Virus record (IMG/VR): IMGVR_UViG_3300037510_000097
Span: 1 to 26,428 of that record
Source: a virus
Taxonomy: Duplodnaviria > Caudoviricetes
Reading direction: 5' to 3' (one strand)
Length of the DNA stretch: 26,428 nucleotides
The stretch's first letter is position 1. Each line of letters opens with the position of its first letter. Shown one piece after another: positions 9,343 through 16,840 of the stretch. A program made the position numbers and the translations under genes. Below the pieces are notes generated by a model. That model did no database searches and was not told where the DNA came from. It saw nothing but the letters and a program-made list of their open reading frames with translations.

Positions 9343-9545
9343 CCCGAGCTACGTAACGAGTACGGCGGGCAGTGGTACGCCGCCGATCAGGGCGCCTGCA
9401 TTGGCCCGCAGTCGGGGATTCGCCGTACTCGTTATGTAGCTCGGGCGTTTCAACGTACGCCCCGGGCAGGTTCGATCCCGGGTATGAAGCCAGACAAGGC
9501 CCGAAAGGGTGTACATGGTGGCGATCGGGGCGCGCGTTGAAACGC
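9343..9545 (+). ncRNA. Candidate structured RNA with two long stems enclosing structured loops
   Basis: 9343-9367 pairs with 9421-9445 (25 bp, one G-U); 9445-9464 pairs with 9526-9545 (20 bp, one G-U, one mismatch); internal GCCC-GAAA-GGGT hairpin. Confidence 0.6.
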
Positions 9546-9620
9546 GTATCATCTAAGTAAGATCCCGATCGATCGGGGAATGTAGGGCGCTACAATCCTA
9601 CTGCGCGTTTCGCTAATTTT

Positions 9621-10202
9621 ATGACACTTGCAGCCAAAGACGCAGCTACGCTAGACGGCGCGCATTACCTAGGCGCGGCTGGCGCGCGCGCGCGTATGAC
9701 GTACGCAGACGCACACGGACTGATCGTCTTCAGCGGTTGCGGATCGCGTAGGCTGCCGCGCGACTGGCTTGAACTATCACGTTGGTGCATTGCAGAAAAT
9801 GGCGTAGGTTCGCAACAATGGGCGTCATGCGTTGCATGGTTGCGCACGCAAACAAGCGCCAGCACAATCGTAAGCTACTCAGATCCGTCCGTAGGCCATA
9901 CAGGTGCGCTGTATCGCGCGTGCAATTGGATCTGGGCACCCGTCTGGCACGTGCTTCGTGAACCGCCAACGGGTTGTGGTATCCGAGCCGGCAAGCTGCA
10001 GCGCGCGAAACATCGGTGGGTGTACCTGCTTCGCGAAGATGCGCGGCGCGCGTCCGTGCTCGCGCTGAACGATGCGTCACTGCAGCGAAAGTACCCATGG
10101 ATCGGCTATTCCGAGCCGGAATGGCGGCGCGGCGTGCCGCAGCTACGTAATCAAGATCGCTTTCGTCGGTGGCAGGAAATGCGCATGTCGGCTGTTGAAT
10201 GA
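9621..10202 (+). CDS. Mom-like (GNAT-fold) adenine-modification protein
   Basis: HYL, LELSR and IVSYSDPSVGHTGALYRACNW, the motif set of Mu Mom-like proteins. Confidence 0.8.
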   Translation: MTLAAKDAATLDGAHYLGAAGARARMTYADAHGLIVFSGCGSRRLPRDWLELSRWCIAENGVGSQQWASCVAWLRTQTSASTIVSYSDPSVGHTGALYRACNWIWAPVWHVLREPPTGCGIRAGKLQRAKHRWVYLLREDARRASVLALNDASLQRKYPWIGYSEPEWRRGVPQLRNQDRFRRWQEMRMSAVE

Positions 10203-10306
10203 AATTTGCCTTCGACACCGAAGCCGCACTAATCGCTCCGGGCCTGCTCGCGCCGCCCATGGCGTGCGTTTCGTGGGCTAACGAGCAATGCGGCTCGGGC
10301 CTGTTT
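10199..10306 (+). repeat. Direct repeat copy 1 (108 bp)
   Basis: 99/108 identical to 11049-11156; first 69 bp identical. Confidence 0.95.
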
Positions 10307-10360
10307 GTGGCAGGTAGACTCCTAGCCGGGGCGTACGTTGAAACGGTATGGTTGAACTAA
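10199..10360 (+). pseudogene. Duplicated 5' fragment of the DNA polymerase gene (53-aa ORF)
   Basis: MKFAFDTEAALIAPGLLAPPMACVSWANEQCGSGLF then unrelated sequence to TAA; matches the polymerase N-terminus. Confidence 0.85.
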
Positions 10361-11052
10361 AAGACGCAATCGAAGGTCTGCACAGCTTGCCGCAACAAAG
10401 CGCTGCGCTCGTGCTTTCGGACCTACCGTCTGGCGAAACCCGCGCCGAATTCGATCGCGCGCCCGACTTGACGCGCTTGTGGCCCGCGGTGTGGCGTGTG
10501 CTTGCCGCGGACGGCGCCGCGGTTTTCATGGCGTCGTCGCTGCGCTTTGCAGCCTCAATTGTCGCGTCACAGCCCAACGCGTTTCGCTATGATCTAGTAT
10601 GGTCGAAGAGCTTAGCTACGGGACACTTGAACGCGCGTACGCGACCGTTGCGTGCACATGAATTCGTGTTAGTATTCTGGCGCAATCCAGGCTGTTTTAC
10701 GCCGCAAATGCTTTCGGGCGCAACGCCGATCCATGCCGCGCGAGCCGCCGCGCGGCATGGCGAGAATTACAACCCCAGAACCGCGGTTACCGAATCACGC
10801 AAGGGTGCGACGGATCGATATCCTACGTCCGTGCTTGAATTCGGAAGCGTGGGCACGACCGCGCCTGAACGCATACACCCGCAGCAAAAGCCCGTTGCGC
10901 TTCTTCGCTGGCTGATCCGGAGTTACAGTCACCCCGGGGATTTGATCGTGGACCCGTACGCAGGTAGCGGTAGTACCGGAGTTGCGGCACAAGCCGAAGG
11001 TCGGCGTTTTGTCGGTTTCGATTCATCGCCGCGCTTCGGTGCCACGCTATGA
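10348..11052 (+). CDS. Beta-class N6/N4 DNA methyltransferase with atypical motif IV
   Basis: Motif IV position SDLPS, HPQQKPVALL, motif I DPYAGSGSTG near the C-terminus. Confidence 0.85.
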   Translation: MVELKDAIEGLHSLPQQSAALVLSDLPSGETRAEFDRAPDLTRLWPAVWRVLAADGAAVFMASSLRFAASIVASQPNAFRYDLVWSKSLATGHLNARTRPLRAHEFVLVFWRNPGCFTPQMLSGATPIHAARAAARHGENYNPRTAVTESRKGATDRYPTSVLEFGSVGTTAPERIHPQQKPVALLRWLIRSYSHPGDLIVDPYAGSGSTGVAAQAEGRRFVGFDSSPRFGATL

Positions 11053-11156
11053 AATTTGCCTTCGACACCGAAGCCGCACTAATCGCTCCGGGCCTGCTCG
11101 CGCCGCCCATGGCGTGCACTTCGTGGGCGAATGCGCAACTAGGCTCGGGCTTGTTT
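11049..11156 (+). repeat. Direct repeat copy 2 (108 bp), start of the intact polymerase gene
   Basis: 850 bp downstream of copy 1. Confidence 0.95.
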
Positions 11157-13118
11157 CATGTGCGCGACGTGCGCGATCGCATCGAAGAGTGGTTGCGCCC
11201 CGGTTGTCTGCTGATCGGCGCAAATACCGCTTTCGATTCAACGGTTATCTGCGCGCAATTTCCTGAGTACACCGCGTCGGTTTTCGACAAGTACGAGCGC
11301 GGCGAGTTTCGCGATGTGCTGATCGATCAACGGCTGATCGATATCGCGCGCGGCGAGCTTGGCGGATACACGTACGTTGATCCCGACGAAGATCCCGACG
11401 ACGAAGATCGCGGAACGCGCATTGATTACCTGTACAACTTGAGCGCACTTCACGATCGATACGGATTCGGCCCGCTCGAGAAAGACGAATGGCGGCTCAA
11501 GTACGGCGGGCTAATTGACGTACCCATGTCGCAGTGGCCAGCCGGCGCTAAGGCGTATTCGGAGCTTGACGCAGTCGCTACGATGCGCGTGCATCTAGCG
11601 CAGCAAGAATTCGCGGAGTACCTTGGTGACGGCGCGGCGCAGGCTCGAGCGGCGTTCGCGTTACATCTCATGTCGTGCCGCGGTGTGCGTACGGATCCCG
11701 TCGCGTGCGAGCGGCTGGCCGTAGAGCTAGAAGCCGAAATCATTCGGTGCCGCAAGCTGTGCGAGCAGATCAAGCGTCCGATCGAAGTCGTCAAAAAGCG
11801 CTCCAAAGGCGGCGTAAAGTACGAAGAACGTACGACCGAAATGCGCGCTATGGTGCGCGACAACGAAGACGGCACGTATTCCAAAACTAAGGCCGTCGTT
11901 CAGCAGTACATGGTCGAAGCCAGCGCACGCGCGGGCGTGCCCGTCAAGATCACGAAAACAGGTCAGAAGAAAAAGAGTACGGATCTCGAATACGTCAGCA
12001 CGGACTACGAAGCGTGCACCGACACGGGTGATCCGGTACTCGCGGCGTACACTACGTTTACGAGCGCGACGACGTTACGTAAGAAGGTGGAACGCTTGAA
12101 GCAGGGCGCGTACCTGCCGTTACAAACGCGCTTTGAAGTGCTGCAGGCAACGGGGCGCACCGCGTCTATGAAGCCGGGTGGCGCGCTTGTGGGTGACAAC
12201 TTTCAGAACTTCGCACGTAACGGGCTTGTGACCGATCAGAAGCACGAGCTTCCCGGCGTCCGTGGTTGTGTCGTGCCGCGCCCCGGTTACGCGTTCGTTT
12301 CGGTGGACTGCCCGAATGCCGAAATGCGTGCCATGGGGCAGATCTGCATTTGGACCGTAGGCTACAGCATTCTTGCAGACGCGCTGAACGCGAATCGCGA
12401 TACGCACCTAGCGCTAGCGGCGGCGCATCTCGGAATGCCGTACGAGTCATCCGAGGCGCTGCTAGAAGCCGAAGACAAAGCGATCGCAGAGCTGCGGCAG
12501 TTTATGAAGATCCCTAACTTTTCGCTACTCGGCGGCGCGTCGTACAAGGCAATGATACCGTTCGCGAAACGCCAGAAACCCGCCGTGATTTTGAGCGAAG
12601 ACAAGGCGCGCGATCTATACAATACGTTTCACAGCACGTGGACGGAGATCGGAATCTACCACGATCAAATCAAGTCGGCGTGCCGTCGCGGCAATACTGA
12701 ATTCGTGCAATTCATTTCGGAGCGCGTACGCGGAAACTGCAAATACACGGTTGCGTGCAATACAGGGTTTCAAGGACTCACCGGAGACGCAGCGAAAGCG
12801 GCGCTACTCCCGGTCGCGAATGAGTGTTACACGGGGCGCATGCCCGGCTCAAGCAAACGATCGCCGCTCTTCGGAAGCTTCCCGGTGTTCTTCGTGCATG
12901 ATGAGATCGTGACCGAAACGCCGATCCCGATGATCCACGAAGCCGGGCACAGGCTGGCCGAGTTGGCGGTCAAACCGTGGAACGACATTTACACACCTGA
13001 CGTGAAAATGACAACGAAGCCTGCGGCTATGTTGCGGCTTGCGAAGGGTGCGAAACCCGTCTATGATTCGTCAGGTGTGTTACAAATCTGGCACCCGAAA
13101 GAGAAGGTAGCAGCGTGA
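11049..13118 (+). CDS. Family A DNA polymerase with 3'-5' exonuclease
   Basis: Exo FDTE, NTAFD, YSELD; ATGRTAS, NFQN, motif A DCPNAEMR, motif B RQFMKIPNF, motif C VHDEIV. Confidence 0.93.
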   Translation: MKFAFDTEAALIAPGLLAPPMACTSWANAQLGSGLFHVRDVRDRIEEWLRPGCLLIGANTAFDSTVICAQFPEYTASVFDKYERGEFRDVLIDQRLIDIARGELGGYTYVDPDEDPDDEDRGTRIDYLYNLSALHDRYGFGPLEKDEWRLKYGGLIDVPMSQWPAGAKAYSELDAVATMRVHLAQQEFAEYLGDGAAQARAAFALHLMSCRGVRTDPVACERLAVELEAEIIRCRKLCEQIKRPIEVVKKRSKGGVKYEERTTEMRAMVRDNEDGTYSKTKAVVQQYMVEASARAGVPVKITKTGQKKKSTDLEYVSTDYEACTDTGDPVLAAYTTFTSATTLRKKVERLKQGAYLPLQTRFEVLQATGRTASMKPGGALVGDNFQNFARNGLVTDQKHELPGVRGCVVPRPGYAFVSVDCPNAEMRAMGQICIWTVGYSILADALNANRDTHLALAAAHLGMPYESSEALLEAEDKAIAELRQFMKIPNFSLLGGASYKAMIPFAKRQKPAVILSEDKARDLYNTFHSTWTEIGIYHDQIKSACRRGNTEFVQFISERVRGNCKYTVACNTGFQGLTGDAAKAALLPVANECYTGRMPGSSKRSPLFGSFPVFFVHDEIVTETPIPMIHEAGHRLAELAVKPWNDIYTPDVKMTTKPAAMLRLAKGAKPVYDSSGVLQIWHPKEKVAA

Positions 13119-13333
13119 GGCGGTACGTACGAAATCCGGGGCAGCGTGGTGAATTTCGGGAAGTACCCGAGATCGACGCTTTCTTGCAGGACATCGCGCG
13201 TGTGTGCCGAAAACACAGCATGTCGATTTCGCACGAAGACTCGCACGGCAGCTTCGAGATTATGATGTTCAATCAGAAAACAATGGACTGGCTGAACGAC
13301 GCAAGCGACAATCGGAAAGGTACGGAGCAATGA
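13115..13333 (+). CDS. Small hypothetical phage protein
   Basis: GTGA coupling; IDAFL...VCRKH...HEDSHG pattern. Confidence 0.7.
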   Translation: MRRYVRNPGQRGEFREVPEIDAFLQDIARVCRKHSMSISHEDSHGSFEIMMFNQKTMDWLNDASDNRKGTEQ

Positions 13334-13539
13334 AGACGAAACAAAAGCAGATGACGAAACGCGAGATGCGCGCCGAAGCGCGTAGACTGCGCCAAAGTGC
13401 GTACCGTATTGCACAGCAATACGGACAATCGTTCTGCAACACGTGTGGCGGACCATGCCGTTTTGGTGGCCCCCGCGATGAAGTACGCAACATGCGCGCC
13501 CGCGCCACGCGTCTCGAAACGAAGGCGGCTGCGTCATGA
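13330..13539 (+). CDS. Small basic Cys-containing protein
   Basis: GGAG SD, ATGA coupling, CxxCxxxC. Confidence 0.65.
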   Translation: MKTKQKQMTKREMRAEARRLRQSAYRIAQQYGQSFCNTCGGPCRFGGPRDEVRNMRARATRLETKAAAS

Positions 13540-13697
13540 GCAACCGCAAACGCCCGCGCAATACGGCGTGCAAGAACAAAGTACGTTACTCGACACTGAC
13601 TGAAGCGCAGGAAGCTGCGGCCGAGTACGCGCAGGCTTTTTACCAGTGCCCGGCGTGCAAGGCGTTTCACCTGACGACGGCGACGGGGCCTGCGTAG
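13536..13697 (+). CDS. Small zinc-finger protein (53 aa), not in ORF track
   Basis: ATGA coupling; ACKNKVRY...FYQCPACKAFHLT (C...CxxC...H). Confidence 0.75.
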   Translation: MSNRKRPRNTACKNKVRYSTLTEAQEAAAEYAQAFYQCPACKAFHLTTATGPA

Positions 13698-13700
13698 CCC

Positions 13701-14084
13701 GTGGCCGGCAACGAATGGATGAACCGCAAAGGGCGCGGGCGCTGGATCCGTGATACTACACGTTTCGCGATCTACGCCCGCGATGGTTTTGATTGCGTGT
13801 ACTGCCATGGCGAATTCCCGCTGCGTCATGACGGTGCGGGGCTGACGCTCGATCACGTAATCCCGCGCTCGAAAGGCGGCAGCAACGCGCCCGAAAACGT
13901 CGTGACTGCGTGCTGGTCATGTAACAGCACCATGCAGGACGCGCCCCGTACCGCCGCGCAGCTCCGCGCCGCAGCTCGAGCGACGGCAAAGCCGATCGAT
14001 TACGCAGCCGGCCGATTCTACCACGCCCGACGAAAGGACCCCGTGTATGCAGTCTACGAAGCGCAAACAAGTCTCTGCGTCTGA
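13701..14084 (+). CDS. HNH endonuclease
   Basis: RDGFDCVYC...LDHVIPRSKGGSN..ENVVTACWSCN. Confidence 0.92.
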   Translation: MAGNEWMNRKGRGRWIRDTTRFAIYARDGFDCVYCHGEFPLRHDGAGLTLDHVIPRSKGGSNAPENVVTACWSCNSTMQDAPRTAAQLRAAARATAKPIDYAAGRFYHARRKDPVYAVYEAQTSLCV

Positions 14085-14328
14085 CCTGATCGCGAACGCG
14101 AAAACAGGCGCGCACAAAAACCGCGCTACGTTCAGCAACGAAGTCGAGGCGCTGGCCGAGTTGCGCAAGATTTGCGAGCACAACGATACGAATCCGAGCG
14201 CGAAAGTGACCGCACGTGATACAATTGCGATGCTGCGCTCGGCGCACGGCTGGACGGGCCAGACGTGTACCACTCTCAGCGAAGTTTGCCGAAGGTCGCT
14301 CGGGCGTAAGTCGTTCAGCAGCAAATGA
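14047..14328 (+). CDS. Hypothetical protein
   Basis: ORF coupled by ATGA to the phosphoesterase gene. Confidence 0.6.
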   Translation: MQSTKRKQVSASDLIANAKTGAHKNRATFSNEVEALAELRKICEHNDTNPSAKVTARDTIAMLRSAHGWTGQTCTTLSEVCRRSLGRKSFSSK

Positions 14329-15401
14329 AAAAAGCCAGTAAGCCAAGCAAATCGCCGACAACGGCTGCCGATCTTATCGCGGAGCGCGTGAACGCGCAGA
14401 AAGATCCGGCACTTCACGTCGAAGGCGCCCCGGCCGGCTACCTGCTCCGCGGCGCGTCTACGCTCGTGGATGCAGACGGCCGCAAGATCGTACAGTGGGT
14501 GAAGACTACCCGAGAGGCGGCGCGTGCCGCTGACGTGCTGCAGGCGTTCCGTGACGCGGTTGCTTTCAAACCCCTGCCGAAGCGGGCGCGCGTGGCGCCG
14601 CCGAAAAACACTTTCGATGATCTGCTCGTGGGCTACCCAATGGGTGATCCACATTTCGGTATGCAGGCTTGGCCGGACGAAACCGACAACGATTTCAATC
14701 TGAAGATCGCGCGCGAGCAGCTCACAGAAGCTACGGATCGGCTCGTCGCTCTCGCGCCGCCAAGTAAGCGCGCGTTTATCGTGAATCTGGGGGACATGCT
14801 GCATGCGGATTCTAACGCCGCAACCACTACGCAAGGCACGCGTGTAGACGTAGATACGCGCTGGCCGAAGATGGCGCAAGTTGCCGTAGATACGCTCTGC
14901 CGCTGCGTGGAACGCGCGCTCGAGAAACACGAGCAGGTGGACATGATCAACTTGCGCGGCAATCACGACGATTTGAGCGCTACCGTGCTTGCAATGTGCA
15001 TGTCTGCATACTTCAAGGACAACCCGCGCGTTCGCGTGTACGACAAGCCGCGCATGTTTCATTTCTTGGAATTTGGGCGCAACTTGCTAGGCTTTACGCA
15101 TGGACATACGGTCAAGGCGAAAGAACTTCCATCGGTTATGAGTACCGACGAACCAGCGGCATGGGGCCGTACAGCACACCGATACTGGTATACTGGACAC
15201 ATTCACCACGAAACGCGCAAGGAATTCCCCGGCTGCGTCGTCGAAACGTTCGGCACGCTGGCGGGTAAAGACGCCTGGCATTTCGGTCAGGGATACCGCG
15301 CGCGTCGTCGCATGGTGATGGACGTGATCGAGCGAAACCGCGGCCGTATCGAAAGACACGAAATCGACGTTTCGGATCTTGACTCGTCTGCGGCGCAGTG
15401 A
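14325..15401 (+). CDS. Calcineurin-like metallophosphoesterase
   Basis: GDPH, LGD, GNHD, HGH and GHIH motifs. Confidence 0.9.
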   Translation: MKKASKPSKSPTTAADLIAERVNAQKDPALHVEGAPAGYLLRGASTLVDADGRKIVQWVKTTREAARAADVLQAFRDAVAFKPLPKRARVAPPKNTFDDLLVGYPMGDPHFGMQAWPDETDNDFNLKIAREQLTEATDRLVALAPPSKRAFIVNLGDMLHADSNAATTTQGTRVDVDTRWPKMAQVAVDTLCRCVERALEKHEQVDMINLRGNHDDLSATVLAMCMSAYFKDNPRVRVYDKPRMFHFLEFGRNLLGFTHGHTVKAKELPSVMSTDEPAAWGRTAHRYWYTGHIHHETRKEFPGCVVETFGTLAGKDAWHFGQGYRARRRMVMDVIERNRGRIERHEIDVSDLDSSAAQ

Positions 15402-15407
15402 CATAAC
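15379..15407 (+). promoter_or_regulatory. Sigma70-like promoter in front of the structured intergenic RNA
   Basis: TTGACT (15379-15384), 17 nt spacer ending TGA, CATAAC (15402-15407). Confidence 0.5.
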
Positions 15408-15412
15408 GGAAT

Positions 15413-15576
15413 TGTCGGTTCCCGAGCCGCGGGACGAAAGTTGCTGATACCCCTAGGACGCTAGTTGCGGGTAAGTGGGCGGCAAGCCGACATGTGGAAA
15501 CCGTAGGTACTGAAACGCCAGTTTCAGCTAAGCAGTCAGTGGCACGGGTCGGCCTACGGCTTTCTTTTTTTTTTTT
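15413..15576 (+). ncRNA. Candidate sRNA or attenuator leader ending in a U-tract
   Basis: Nested stems 15413-15492, second domain 15501-15559, then TTTC plus T12. Confidence 0.5.
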
Positions 15577-15591
15577 CGATCGGAGGGGAGA

Positions 15592-15717
15592 ATGCGCTAC
15601 CGAAAACACGAGCGTACGAAGCTTGAGATCATTTGGGACGGGCTTACGTTTGGCGCGTTCGTCTTCGCAGTCCTGTGCATTGGATCCGCGATCTTGATTC
15701 GCGGATGTAACCTGTAA
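15592..15717 (+). CDS. Small single-TM protein (41 aa), not in ORF track
   Basis: GGAGG SD; MRYRKHERTKLEIIWDGLTFGAFVFAVLCIGSAILIRGCNL; TAATG coupling to the RuvC-like gene. Confidence 0.7.
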   Translation: MRYRKHERTKLEIIWDGLTFGAFVFAVLCIGSAILIRGCNL

Positions 15718-16232
15718 TGGCGAGACAATCGAAAGATCCAATAGCGGACGCGGCTGCGAAGGTGGCCGCGCGGCGGCTGCCCGACCTGCGCGGAGTTTCG
15801 TTTACGTCAATCGATCCAGGAACGGCGTACTACGGTTGGGCTCTATGGAGTCTAGATGGCTTTTTGTGCAAGTGTGACTATGAGCCGTCAATCAATCCGG
15901 TGCACATGTACGATCCGGGAATCGGAATCGTAGAACAGCCTGTGGTATACCCTAATAGTCCGGTCCCGCCGCAGGATATTGCCGCGCTTGCGTTTAGCGC
16001 GGGACGTATTCTAGGGAACTACGAAACGCAGTACGCGGTAGAGCCGCGCCAATGGAAAGGCACGACGGACGGCACGGCGTTTCTGCGGCGTATCGAGCGC
16101 GCAATCAACAGACTCTCAATACGTGAACGGCTGACCGTTACGGAAACGCTTTCCAGACTTCCGAAGACGAAACATGAGCATGTGCTGGACGCAATCGGGC
16201 TCGGGCTTGTCGTGAGAGGGATCAAGGTATGA
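15717..16232 (+). CDS. RuvC-like Holliday junction resolvase
   Basis: SIDPG, IVEQP, PRQWK, DAIGLG. Confidence 0.8.
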   Translation: MARQSKDPIADAAAKVAARRLPDLRGVSFTSIDPGTAYYGWALWSLDGFLCKCDYEPSINPVHMYDPGIGIVEQPVVYPNSPVPPQDIAALAFSAGRILGNYETQYAVEPRQWKGTTDGTAFLRRIERAINRLSIRERLTVTETLSRLPKTKHEHVLDAIGLGLVVRGIKV

Positions 16233-16840
16233 GCTACAAGATCGGTGATGAAGTTACATATATCGGCGCAACTAGCGCCGTGTGCGGATTGAGATACGGT
16301 GTTAGATACGCGATCGAAAAATCGACTCCGCGATCCGTGCGTATCGGCGGGGTTTGGGTTGAATCGGGGCTCGTATCCAGTGCCGTGGCGCCCGCGCAGG
16401 CTCCGGCCGCCAAGCCCGCGTCCGCCGCGCCGCTCGCGATGCGCAAGGACGCCGGCAAGCCTCAGCCAATCTACACGGACCTGTGGCCCGAAGCGATCAA
16501 AGGCATCGATCGCGTCTCGAAGTTCGGCGAGACGAAATACGCGAAGTATAATTTCACGAAAGGCGCCCCGTTCAGCCAACATTACAACTGTCTGCGGCGC
16601 CACATGATCGCGCTGCTGAACGGCGAGGATAAAGACCCTGACGCGGCGGCGGCGGGCTACGAAGTGTGGCACGTGGACTCGATCGCTTGGAACGCAATGC
16701 GCATGGCGCACGAGTTTCACGCGCGCCCCGAGCTGGACGATCGGCCGCACGTGCTGGCGGCGCGGGAGCGCGCAGCTCAGGCTGAGGCGCAGCGCGCGAT
16801 CGAGTCGGGACCGTTTGCGGAAAGTGAGCAAAAGAAATGA
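16229..16840 (+). CDS. DUF5664 (dATP/dGTP diphosphohydrolase-like) protein with N-terminal extension
   Basis: KDAGKP...FGETKYAKYNFTKG...LRRH...GEDKDPD...H...AWNA. Confidence 0.85.
   Translation: MSYKIGDEVTYIGATSAVCGLRYGVRYAIEKSTPRSVRIGGVWVESGLVSSAVAPAQAPAAKPASAAPLAMRKDAGKPQPIYTDLWPEAIKGIDRVSKFGETKYAKYNFTKGAPFSQHYNCLRRHMIALLNGEDKDPDAAAAGYEVWHVDSIAWNAMRMAHEFHARPELDDRPHVLAARERAAQAEAQRAIESGPFAESEQKK

Noticed and set aside
9430-9492. Canonical tRNA (TAGCTC...GGTTCGATCC...CCA)
   Set aside because: Only about 63 nt, with no proper D-arm or T-stem; these bases are better explained by the long stems.
9400-9525. Hairpin ribozyme (GCAGTC, GAAG, GTACAT motifs)
   Set aside because: Helices 1 and 2 around the putative cleavage site cannot form, and loop B deviates from consensus.
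9343-9545. IS110 bridge RNA or TIGR guide array
   Set aside because: No IS110 recombinase or Nop-domain protein in the window and no tandem repeat-spacer units.
10199-11156. Diversity-generating retroelement TR/VR pair
   Set aside because: Mismatches are not adenine-specific, the repeat is at a gene 5' end, and no reverse transcriptase is present.
13701-14084. Intron-encoded homing endonuclease
   Set aside because: Free-standing short HNH in a packed operon; no interrupted gene or intron structure around it.
13917-15062. Long antisense ORFs (e.g. 13917-15062, 16019-16912, 5094-5909, 2861-3631)
   Set aside because: Shadows of well-supported plus-strand genes in high-GC DNA, with no recognisable motifs.
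15413-15500. Hammerhead ribozyme or c-di-GMP-I riboswitch
   Set aside because: CGAAA follows a stem but CTGANGA is missing in the required place; GGGACGAAAG only loosely resembles the riboswitch and its other elements are absent.
6387-16840. Complete 2-aminoadenine (Z) genome pathway
   Set aside because: No PurZ-like gene in the window; MazG-like and DUF5664 genes are common in ordinary phages.
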